From a virus, in UHGV virus genome UHGV-1410056: 40,444 nt of DNA; one strand, 5' to 3'. The notes under the pieces are model-generated. The model was not told where the DNA came from, ran no database searches, and saw only the letters and a program-made list of their open reading frames with translations. The position numbers and the translations under genes were made by a program. Each line of letters opens with the position of its first letter. The stretch's first letter is position 1. Below, one piece after another: positions 8,430-15,842 of this stretch.

Positions 8430-8466
8430 TACCAGCGCGATAGCGCATTTTTTTACGCCTCGATAA

Positions 8467-8543
8467 TTACCTGTTAGGTAACAAAATATTATAAACTCTA
8501 TTGATTTCATGTCTTATGTGGTTTTTAATTACCTCAGAGGTAA
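8467..8543. promoter_or_regulatory. Two perfect TTACC-N5-GGTAA operators (8467-8481, 8529-8543) immediately upstream of the gene starting at 8547
   Basis: Second site overlaps the SD (GAGG 8537-8540). Confidence 0.55.
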
Positions 8544-8546
8544 ATC

Positions 8547-8891
8547 ATGAGAAAACAGATACAGGCTCTTGGTCGACTCAAAACAGGCCAGATGAACAAA
8601 ACTGAATCTGCGTATTGCCAGCACCTTGAGCTGCGTAAACGTGCAGGGGAAATCGCCTGGTATCGATTCGAGGGTATCAAGCTGCGGTTAGCTGACAACA
8701 CGTTCTATACGCCAGATTTCGCTGTGATGCTCGCCACCGGAGAGATGGAACTGCACGAAGTGAAAGGTTTCTGGACCGACGACGCCAGGGTGAAAACCAA
8801 AGTCGCCGCAGATCAGTATCCGTTCCGAATCATCGGGGTAACGGTTAAACCAAAGAAAGCAGGTGGTGGCTGGAACATCGAAGAGTTCTGA
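8547..8891 (+). CDS. DUF1064-like phage protein (putative nuclease fold)
   Basis: 114 aa; pattern YCQHLELRKRAGEI ... YTPDFAV ... EVKGF resembles the DUF1064 family. Confidence 0.45.
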   Translation: MRKQIQALGRLKTGQMNKTESAYCQHLELRKRAGEIAWYRFEGIKLRLADNTFYTPDFAVMLATGEMELHEVKGFWTDDARVKTKVAADQYPFRIIGVTVKPKKAGGGWNIEEF

Positions 8892-8952
8892 ATCGACGAT
8901 CTTTTTAGTTATCAATGTAATCAATAAGTTATGTGGATAAGCGAGGGTAAAG

Positions 8953-9525
8953 ATGGAAAGTAATATCAAAGGGTTAGTTGCCGCCGGGCATGAGATGGCT
9001 TCGGAACTGAAAGCAGAATGTGGTGCCGTTGATATGCGCAGTGTGGCAAAGCTGATCAGCGATTTGGCAACGCAACTGGAAGTGCAACTGGTGCGTGCTA
9101 ATGCGCTGGCCGAAGACCAGCAGAAAGCGATTGAGTCAATTAAGCAGGCTGATGCGGCTGTTAAGTTGGCACACGAGAAGTTTTCGGCGCTGGCAGCGGA
9201 GAATGCGGCAATGCATGAAACTATTGAAGCCGTTCGCAGTGTTGCGGATAACTCCAGTGGAATTGCCGGATGGCATTTGAATGGCGATATCGCTACATGG
9301 GAAGAGATTCTTCCTGAAATTAACGATATCGAAACCCAAGCCACCGACGCTTTCCTGTCTGAAGTGCGGGCGCAGGGCGTGGAGATGCTGGCAAAAAATC
9401 ATCAGAGTATCGTCAATGCACTTAAGGGAGATTCTTTATTTTCTGATGGTGAATGCCGACATGCAGCTATTGTTTCCGCAGCTGTATATTTCGCTGCAGA
9501 GCTTCGCAAAGGAGGCAACCAGTGA
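8953..9525 (+). CDS. Hypothetical protein (190 aa)
   Basis: ORF with GAGGG SD; Ala/Glu-rich; no recognised motif. Confidence 0.5.
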   Translation: MESNIKGLVAAGHEMASELKAECGAVDMRSVAKLISDLATQLEVQLVRANALAEDQQKAIESIKQADAAVKLAHEKFSALAAENAAMHETIEAVRSVADNSSGIAGWHLNGDIATWEEILPEINDIETQATDAFLSEVRAQGVEMLAKNHQSIVNALKGDSLFSDGECRHAAIVSAAVYFAAELRKGGNQ

Positions 9526-10220
9526 GCGAAATTAACTATCAGGTACTGCGTGAAAAGGCAGAGAAAGCAACGTGTGGTGTGTGGTCGCTCGAATATGGAG
9601 AGGAGAAATTTGATGCTGGTGATGCGCTAATTCATCGTGAAGTTGTTGGATATATTCCCATTTGCAGAATTGAAGGAGCGCATCCTGAAAGCGGTTTCGA
9701 TGAAGATTTCCAAATGGAACAGCAGGCCAATGCTGAATTCATCGCCGCAGCCAGTCCAGCTACCGTGCTGGCACTGCTGGATGAACGGGAAAGAAACCAG
9801 CAATACATCAAACGCCGTGACCAGGAGAACGAGGATATTGCGCTAACGGTAGGGAAACTGCGTGTTGAGCTTGAGGAAGCAAAATCAAAACTCAACGAGC
9901 AACGCGAGTATTACGAAGGTGTTATCTCTGATGGGAGCAAGCGTATTGCTGAACTGGAAGCACGGGAAATAAAACCAGCCAAAGGTGAAGTTCTTGTCGT
10001 TGTTTCTGGTTTTACTGGTTGCGGAAAAAGCGCCATTGCCGGGGAAATAGAAATCGCGATGAAGGCTATTGGTGTACCGGTTAAGTGGACTAATGGCGAT
10101 GCAGAAAAGCGCATGACTGGCGCTGACTGGCTGACAGCGATTGAGATGTACAAACCAACTGTGCGCATCGTGGAAGTTAATGTGCCACGCGCCGCTGGCA
10201 TTCGCATCAAAGGAGAGTGA
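9522..10220 (+). CDS. Hypothetical protein, possibly ead/Ea22-like
   Basis: GTG start overlapping upstream stop (GTGA) with AAGGAGG SD; N-terminus SEINYQVLREKAEKAT and PATVLALLDERE resemble ead/Ea22-like proteins (from memory only). Confidence 0.4.
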   Translation: MSEINYQVLREKAEKATCGVWSLEYGEEKFDAGDALIHREVVGYIPICRIEGAHPESGFDEDFQMEQQANAEFIAAASPATVLALLDERERNQQYIKRRDQENEDIALTVGKLRVELEEAKSKLNEQREYYEGVISDGSKRIAELEAREIKPAKGEVLVVVSGFTGCGKSAIAGEIEIAMKAIGVPVKWTNGDAEKRMTGADWLTAIEMYKPTVRIVEVNVPRAAGIRIKGE

Positions 10221-10221
10221 T

Positions 10222-10509
10222 ATGGCAACTTTGCAGGAATTAATCGACCTGACGCCAGAACAGGAAAAAGCGTGGAATCGCCTTGTGAAGGCTGTAAAGG
10301 ATTTCAGGGCAGCCGGAGGAAAGTTTTATAGCGTCCTGGACACGCTGAGCGCATACAACGGCGAGCACGTTGCCAGCATTGATAACGATAAGGGCTACCA
10401 CACTGCAAGCGTCTATATGCCTAGCATTGATGCGCCAGGGCTAACCAGTTGGGCTGATGATTGGCACGGCATCACGCTGAAAGATGGCGTTGAAGTGGAT
10501 GAGGACTAA
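10222..10509 (+). CDS. Hypothetical protein (95 aa)
   Basis: ATG 10222 with AAGGAGAG SD. Confidence 0.5.
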   Translation: MATLQELIDLTPEQEKAWNRLVKAVKDFRAAGGKFYSVLDTLSAYNGEHVASIDNDKGYHTASVYMPSIDAPGLTSWADDWHGITLKDGVEVDED

Positions 10510-10512
10510 CAC

Positions 10513-11376
10513 ATGACAACGTTCACCGACAAAGAACTGATTAAAGAAATCAAAGAGCGTATAGGCAGCCTGGACGTCCGAGACAATATTGAGCGTCGGG
10601 CTTATGAAATCGCACTGGCATCGCTGGAAGCCGAGCCTGTTCTGTATCAGTCCTGCACTCGCCCCACCTGGAATAGCGGTGTTCCGTGGACGGAATGGAA
10701 AGAACGAAGTCGTGAGTGCTACGAAGACGATTTGCGCTTTACAGACACGCCTGACCATGCCGGTTGGATATACAAATGTCGAAAACTATATACCACTCCG
10801 CCAGCGCCGATAGCGTTAGAGGCCATTGAAAACGCAATTGAATACATCCGCAGTATCGCTTTTCACATCAATGAAGACGATTACCACGGCAAGCATATTG
10901 CGTATTTCATGCGACAAGCATTGGCCTGGCTGGAAGGGCATTCATGCAGCGACGACAGACTGGGTAAAGCCGAGAATCAAACAGTACACGGCAACCAGGC
11001 TGCCGAATCCAATCGCGGTAATGAGTGGACCGGCAATCCTGATATTGATAACGCCATCATCATGCTCGACCGCATAGATACGCTGGAAAATTGCGATGAT
11101 GACCGTATTGAGGCGGTTAAGGCTGTTTTGCGTAGACTGGCTGGCAACTCTCCGGGAACTCCGGATAGTTGGATAAGCTGTAGTGAGCGAATGCCGGAAG
11201 ACACCAAAATGTTACTGGCATTTAGTCAAGGTGAAATCGTGGCCGCATATTGGAACTGGGTTGTAAATCCAATTGATTACAAAAAATATAGAGCTTTCAC
11301 GTATTTATCAGGAAATATCTTGGATGACGTAACTCACTGGATGCCTCTACCAGAACCGCCGCAGGAGATGAAGTAA
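10513..11376 (+). CDS. DUF551-domain phage protein
   Basis: 287 aa; C-terminal HWMPLPEPP motif characteristic of DUF551. Confidence 0.55.
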   Translation: MTTFTDKELIKEIKERIGSLDVRDNIERRAYEIALASLEAEPVLYQSCTRPTWNSGVPWTEWKERSRECYEDDLRFTDTPDHAGWIYKCRKLYTTPPAPIALEAIENAIEYIRSIAFHINEDDYHGKHIAYFMRQALAWLEGHSCSDDRLGKAENQTVHGNQAAESNRGNEWTGNPDIDNAIIMLDRIDTLENCDDDRIEAVKAVLRRLAGNSPGTPDSWISCSERMPEDTKMLLAFSQGEIVAAYWNWVVNPIDYKKYRAFTYLSGNILDDVTHWMPLPEPPQEMK

Positions 11377-11660
11377 TGGACTCCTTCGCGAAATATACGA
11401 TTATTGACTGGATAGCATTCCTTCAGGTTTTGCTCATCTGGTTTTATATGGCTTACAGGAGTGGACAGTGGATTGTCGATGTAGCCTGTAGCAAGGGATG
11501 GCGTTGGTGGAACCGAAAGAATAAAAAAGCACTGGCATTGGATTCGTTTTACGAAGCATTCAATCTTAACAGCCTTCAGCCTGGTTCTGTCGTTGTAGTC
11601 ACCACTCAAAGCGGCATGACGATACAAATTCACAAGCCAAAGGAGGAAGGTCGTGGCTAA
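11376..11660 (+). CDS. Hypothetical protein (94 aa), hydrophobic N-terminus
   Basis: ORF with AGGAG SD; possible single TM segment. Confidence 0.45.
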   Translation: MDSFAKYTIIDWIAFLQVLLIWFYMAYRSGQWIVDVACSKGWRWWNRKNKKALALDSFYEAFNLNSLQPGSVVVVTTQSGMTIQIHKPKEEGRG

Positions 11661-11934
11661 CCTGCAACTTGCCGTCAAAGGTGAATACTTCGATGCCATG
11701 ATTCGTGGAGAGAAAACGGAAGAGTATCGCTTGTGTAATGACTACTGGAATAAGCGAATTATGTTCCGCGAGTATGGCCGCCTGATTATCACAAAGGGAT
11801 ATCCGAAGCGTGACGATTCCAGCCGCAGAATTGATGTCCCGTATGACGGATATGAAATCAAGACAATCACACATCCCCACTTCGGCGATAAACCGGTAAA
11901 GGTGTTCGCGATAAAGGTAAATATTGATGGCTAA
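11653..11934 (+). CDS. ASCH-like small protein
   Basis: 93 aa; GTG start after AGGAGG; motif GEYFDAMIRGEKTEEYR reminiscent of ASCH/DUF3850. Confidence 0.4.
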   Translation: MANLQLAVKGEYFDAMIRGEKTEEYRLCNDYWNKRIMFREYGRLIITKGYPKRDDSSRRIDVPYDGYEIKTITHPHFGDKPVKVFAIKVNIDG

Positions 11935-12265
11935 ATCAGCAGCAGAGCGCAAAGCCGCTCAGAGAGCCAGACAAGCTGCATCTGGTGTGCGTAAGCTGGA
12001 AATTGTGCTTGATGCTCAGGAAATTGAAATGCTGGAGCGTAACTGTGCCACGCGTCGCCCCGGGCGTGCGCCTTACGAATTTGGTGAGTATATAGCGTTA
12101 CTGATCCGCCAGGATGATGCACGCGTGCGCGGGCGTATAAAATCGATCAGCAGAAAATGTTGCGGTAAGTGCGGCGAGAGAGTTCCAGTTAATTCATGCC
12201 CGTGTAATGGTGACTCGCAATGCTGGGTGACTAAAGGCTGGCATGAAACGAAATTAATAGTGTGA
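11927..12265 (+). CDS. Hypothetical basic protein with C-terminal Cys cluster; candidate late-gene regulator by position
   Basis: 112 aa from ATG 11927; C-terminal CCGKCGERVPVNSCPCNGDSQC; last early gene before a terminator and terS. Confidence 0.35.
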   Translation: MAKSAAERKAAQRARQAASGVRKLEIVLDAQEIEMLERNCATRRPGRAPYEFGEYIALLIRQDDARVRGRIKSISRKCCGKCGERVPVNSCPCNGDSQCWVTKGWHETKLIV

Positions 12266-12273
12266 CATGTCAC
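12262..12273. promoter_or_regulatory. Perfect 12-bp palindrome GTGACATGTCAC overlapping the stop codon of the upstream gene
   Basis: One of three near-identical palindromes (also 14527-14538, 31765-31776), each next to an intrinsic terminator. Confidence 0.45.
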
Positions 12274-12314
12274 GAGTAGATTATGCATGATGAATTTGAT
12301 GGGTTTTGAATACT

Positions 12315-12340
12315 GCCGCCAACTATGGCGGCTTTATTTT
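12315..12340 (+). terminator. Rho-independent terminator (tR'-like) upstream of the terminase genes
   Basis: Stem GCCGCC (12315-12320), loop AACTAT, stem GGCGGC (12327-12332), then TTTATTTT. Confidence 0.7.
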
Positions 12341-12383
12341 GCATGGTACTATTACCACAACGGTAACTATTACCACGGTGGTT

Positions 12384-12980
12384 ATGATGCCTGCTGAACC
12401 TAAAACCTATAAACGCAAATCAACGCAATTTAAGCCACTAACAGCAATGCAGGAGGCTTATTGCCAGTCATACATCAAAACGCCTGAAAACCAGACTCAG
12501 GCAGCGATTAACGCAGGATTCTCCCCAAATACAGCGGCAGTTAAAGCCAGTGTCATGATGCGCGATGAACGCATTCAAAAACGGATTGCCGAGTTGATGG
12601 AGGAGCGCAACAAACGAATGCGCGTCAGTGCTGATTACGTTCTCATGCGCCTGGTGGAGATCGACCAGATGGACGTGATCGACATCCTCAACGACGATGG
12701 GAGCCTTAAACCAATCCGTGAGTGGCCGAAAATCTGGCGCACTACGCTTAGTGGCTTTGATCTGTCATCGACCATCATGAACATGAACGAGGATTCGATA
12801 GAGACAATCCTCAAAAAAATTAAATGGCCTGACAAGGTGAAGAACCTTGAGCTGATTGGTAAGCATGTTGATGTCAACGCGTTCAAAGAACGTCTGGATG
12901 TTAATGTGAATGTGACAATTGCTGATCGCATAGCAGCAGCCAGGAAGCGACTCAAAGAACGTCAGGATGGTAATCAGTGA
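12384..12980 (+). CDS. Terminase small subunit
   Basis: 198 aa from ATG 12384; N-terminal HTH-like region (AAINAGFSPNTAAVKAS); directly upstream of and overlapping the large subunit; track ORF start at 12306 lies inside a terminator hairpin. Confidence 0.65.
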   Translation: MMPAEPKTYKRKSTQFKPLTAMQEAYCQSYIKTPENQTQAAINAGFSPNTAAVKASVMMRDERIQKRIAELMEERNKRMRVSADYVLMRLVEIDQMDVIDILNDDGSLKPIREWPKIWRTTLSGFDLSSTIMNMNEDSIETILKKIKWPDKVKNLELIGKHVDVNAFKERLDVNVNVTIADRIAAARKRLKERQDGNQ

Positions 12981-14452
12981 CAGATACAGCGTTATCTCCT
13001 GAAGAGCAGTTGATCGAGGATATTGCAGGGTTCACTCACGATCCGCTTGGCTATGCCCTCTATGCGTTCCCGTGGGGGGAAGAGGGGACTGAACTGGCAC
13101 ATGCTACCGGCCCACGTCAGTGGCAGGCTGATGCGTTCCGAGAGATACGTGATCACCTGCAGAATCCAGAGACGCGCTATCAGCCGCTTATGCTGGCACG
13201 TGCTTCGGGTCACGGTATTGGTAAATCCGCATTCATCTCAATGCTGATCAACTGGGGCATGTCCACTTGCGAGGATTGTAAGGTCGTGGTGACCGCCAAC
13301 ACCGACAACCAGCTACGAACGAAGACCTGGCCGGAAATTATCAAGTGGTCGAACCTTGCTATCACGGAAGACTGGTTTACCTGTACCGCTACCGCGATGT
13401 ACAGCAATGACCCAGGGCACGACAAGCGGTGGCGGGCTGACGCAATACCCTGGTCTGAGCACAACACTGAGGCATTCGCCGGACTACACAACGAGCGCAA
13501 ACGCATCATCGTGGTATTCGATGAAGCGTCGAACATTGCCGATCTGGTGTGGGAGGTAGCAGAGGGTGCGCTGACGGACGAAGACACCGAAATCATCTGG
13601 GTGGCGTTCGGGAACCCGACGCGTAACACCGGGCGTTTCCGTGAATGTTTCCGCAAGTACAAACACCGCTGGAAGTGTGCGCAGATTGACAGCCGGACGG
13701 TGGAAGGCACTAACAAACAGCAGTTGCAGAAATGGGTTGATGACTACGGGGAAGACAGCGACTTCGTTAAAATCCGTGTGCGCGGCATATTCCCTGATGC
13801 ATCTGAATTGCAGTTTATCCCTACCGGTCTTACTGACGAGGCAATGAAACGGGTGGTAACCGCTGCGCAGGTTGCACATGCTCCGGTGATAATCGGCGTT
13901 GACCCGGCATACTCCGGCGTTGATGACGCTGTGATATACCTGCGGCAGGGGCTACACAGTAAGGTGCTGTGGACTGGCAACAAGACTACCGACGATCTGA
14001 TTATGGCGAAGCGTATCGCTGACTTTGAAGACCAGTATCAGGCTGACGCGGTGTTCATCGACTTCGGTTACGGAACCGGTTTGAAGTCAATCGGTGACGG
14101 CTGGGGTCGTACATGGCAACTTGTTCCGTTCGGTGGCGCGTCTACTGACCCGCAGATGCTCAACAAGCGTGGGGAGATGTTCAATTCATGCAAGACATGG
14201 CTGAGGCTTGGCGGCATGCTGGATGACCAGGAAACAGCAGACGACCTGTCGGCGGCAGAGTACAAAGTTCGAGTGGACGGTAAAATCGTTATCGAACCGA
14301 AGGAAGATATCAAGGAGCGGCTTGGGCGTTCACCGGGTAAAGGCGATGCGCTACTGCTGACGTTTGCGTTCCCTGTGTCTAAGCGTCTGCGAATTCCCGG
14401 GCAGCAGAACCAGCAAGGCAAGGCCATCACAGATTACGATCCCTATGCTTAA
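12977..14452 (+). CDS. Terminase large subunit (ATPase/nuclease)
   Basis: 491 aa; Walker-A-like SGHGIGKS, VVFDEASN-type Walker B region and C-terminal nuclease-like region; GTG start overlapping terS stop. Confidence 0.85.
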   Translation: MTDTALSPEEQLIEDIAGFTHDPLGYALYAFPWGEEGTELAHATGPRQWQADAFREIRDHLQNPETRYQPLMLARASGHGIGKSAFISMLINWGMSTCEDCKVVVTANTDNQLRTKTWPEIIKWSNLAITEDWFTCTATAMYSNDPGHDKRWRADAIPWSEHNTEAFAGLHNERKRIIVVFDEASNIADLVWEVAEGALTDEDTEIIWVAFGNPTRNTGRFRECFRKYKHRWKCAQIDSRTVEGTNKQQLQKWVDDYGEDSDFVKIRVRGIFPDASELQFIPTGLTDEAMKRVVTAAQVAHAPVIIGVDPAYSGVDDAVIYLRQGLHSKVLWTGNKTTDDLIMAKRIADFEDQYQADAVFIDFGYGTGLKSIGDGWGRTWQLVPFGGASTDPQMLNKRGEMFNSCKTWLRLGGMLDDQETADDLSAAEYKVRVDGKIVIEPKEDIKERLGRSPGKGDALLLTFAFPVSKRLRIPGQQNQQGKAITDYDPYA

Positions 14453-14494
14453 TCCGCTTGAGGGGATAATGTTGTTGATATCCTCTGATGAGGA

Positions 14495-14530
14495 TAAAAC
14501 AAAGCCAGCTCATAGGCTGGCTGTTTGTGA
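14495..14530. terminator. Bidirectional intrinsic terminator between convergent terL and Gp49-like gene
   Basis: Stem AGCCAGC (14503-14509) / GCTGGCT (14516-14522), T-rich on plus side (GTTTGTG) and on minus side (TTTGTTTT). Confidence 0.6.
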
Positions 14531-14538
14531 TATGTCAC
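14527..14538. promoter_or_regulatory. Palindrome GTGATATGTCAC (11 of 12 match to GTGACATGTCAC)
   Basis: Abuts the bidirectional terminator. Confidence 0.4.
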
Positions 14539-14542
14539 GGTG

Positions 14543-14914
14543 TTATTGCTCGCTTAACTTCTGCTTCAGCAAGTAACCTTCAAGCATCCAGATTTTGTTT
14601 ACAGCATTCTGTCGGGCAATCTTCCGACCAATTTCTGCATCAAAGTTTTCCGGGCTTGCACAGGCGCTCTCTCCGGTGACGGTGAAGCCGTTGCGCAGCA
14701 CCAGGACGCAGAACGTCAGCAGAGAAAGTGATTCGTGCGGCTGGTAGTTTACCTCTCCGCCAGTATGTTTCACTTTTATGGCTACGCCAAAGGCACCATC
14801 TTCTGCTGTGAAATATGCCTCCTGAGCAATAATGCTCTCGATATGGTCTGGCTTAACGCGCGGCGCGGCTAAACCTTTAGCCTGAATTTCAGATTCAATG
14901 TCTTTGTCACTCAT
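14543..14914 (-). CDS. Gp49-like (Phage_gp49_66 family) protein; reverse-strand moron
   Basis: 123 aa; motifs GLAAPRV ... NGFTVTGESACASPENF ... WMLEGYLL typical of the gp49 family; AAGGTGAG SD. Confidence 0.55.
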   Translation of the reverse strand: MSDKDIESEIQAKGLAAPRVKPDHIESIIAQEAYFTAEDGAFGVAIKVKHTGGEVNYQPHESLSLLTFCVLVLRNGFTVTGESACASPENFDAEIGRKIARQNAVNKIWMLEGYLLKQKLSEQ

Positions 14915-14930
14915 AGTCTAATCTCACCTT

Positions 14931-14954
14931 AAAAAAATGCCCGGCGAACCGGGC
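14931..14954 (-). terminator. Rho-independent terminator (minus strand) immediately upstream of the Gp49-like start
   Basis: Stem GCCCGG (14939-14944) / CCGGGC (14949-14954) with A7 on plus (T7 on minus). Confidence 0.6.
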
Positions 14955-15032
14955 GAACTGGAAGCAATGAGTTATGCCTTCCGTGGCTGTACGGGTTTAC
15001 AGCATGAAGTCATCGCAATGGCGTCCTGCTGT

Positions 15033-15074
15033 AAAAAGGGCGGTGATAGTCCCTCAAGGGAAACCATCACCGCC
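15033..15074 (-). terminator. Terminator-like hairpin downstream of tRNA-Arg (minus strand)
   Basis: 9-bp stem GGCGGTGAT (15039-15047) / ATCACCGCC (15066-15074), with A5 on plus 15033-15037. Confidence 0.45.
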
Positions 15075-15117
15075 AAGCACCTGGAACTTCTGGCATCACG
15101 GTCCTTAGGCGTGATTC

Positions 15118-15194
15118 TGGCGTGGCATGCAGGATTCGAACCTGCGACCAACCGCTTAGAAGGCGGTTGCTCTGTCCAACTGAGCTAATGCCAC
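15118..15194 (-). tRNA. tRNA-Arg, anticodon UCU (reads AGA)
   Basis: 77 nt; manual fold gives 7-bp acceptor stem GUGGCAU/AUGCCAC, D-stem GCUC/GAGC, anticodon stem ACCGC/GCGGU with loop CUUCUAA, T-arm GCAGG-UUCGAAU-CCUGC, encoded CCA. Confidence 0.9.
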
Positions 15195-15516
15195 AACGCT
15201 GAGAGCACTTAGCCTGTTAAGGCGCCACACTTTGTCGCGGCTCCATAAATGCTCTCATCGTTGTACCCTCGTCTCTTCCGAGGCGTCACACCGAATCGCC
15301 GGGATGGTGAATCCCCGTGCGCGGAATAAAACCGCTCGACTTGCACATTCCGGCTACCTGGTTCGTTTGCCCGAGCAAGGGAGGGTGCCCCTTAAACGTA
15401 TCCAGACCGCTATCGGCGCATGTGCCATACGCCGTACTGCTCAAAATAAAAGCTCACTCCACCTGTTCAATTTAACGACAAGCCAGTCAGGTTAGTAACC
15501 GGAATGAACTCTTTGG

Positions 15517-15531
15517 TTACCTGAAAGGTAA
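15517..15531. promoter_or_regulatory. Perfect TTACC-tgaaa-GGTAA operator between the divergent tRNA/moron transcript and the structural operon
   Basis: Adjacent reverse-strand TTGACA (plus 15549-15554) 17 bp from a TACCTT -10 candidate. Confidence 0.5.
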
Positions 15532-15621
15532 TAATTTGTGCGTTAAATGTCAACTATCTACGATAAATAAATCATATGTGGTTAAATTGGTAATAATTTA
15601 ATTGCGTACGGAGTCATTGAT

Positions 15622-15828
15622 ATGTGCATGGGTAGCTCACCATCAGTGCCTGCAACACCAGAAGTTCAGGCAGCACCACAGGAGCAGGATGCCGCCGTTG
15701 TTGATGCCCGCGACGAAGAAACACGTCGCCGTCGCGCTGCTGCTGGTCGTAGTTCTACGCTGCTTACCGGTTCTCAGGGCGACACATCAACCGCTAATAC
15801 CAGCGGTAAAACGCTGCTTGGTCAGTAA
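15622..15828 (+). CDS. Small low-complexity protein (68 aa) preceding the portal gene
   Basis: ATG 15622 preceded by CGGAGTCATTGA, the same 12-nt initiation region that precedes the portal ATG. Confidence 0.45.
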   Translation: MCMGSSPSVPATPEVQAAPQEQDAAVVDARDEETRRRRAAAGRSSTLLTGSQGDTSTANTSGKTLLGQ

Positions 15829-15842
15829 CCGGAGTCATTGAA

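Noticed and set aside
8688-9344. 218-aa minus-strand ORF spanning two plus-strand genes
   Set aside because: Ser/Ala-rich antisense artefact of GC-rich coding sequence on the plus strand; no SD; crosses a gene boundary
12261-12274. Possible CRP site (TGTGA...TCACA)
   Set aside because: Half-sites are separated by 4 bp, not the 6 bp required for CRP; treated instead as a phage-specific palindrome
12306-12383. N-terminal 26 codons of the track ORF for terminase small subunit
   Set aside because: This stretch contains a canonical intrinsic terminator hairpin plus T-tract and a tandem DNA repeat; the true start is more likely ATG 12384
15195-15500. Possible second tRNA or tRNA fragment in the leader upstream of tRNA-Arg
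   Set aside because: A GGGA-TTCACCA-TCCC hairpin resembles a T-arm but lacks the conserved T-loop A58 and no acceptor or anticodon arms could be built; left as an unexplained leader
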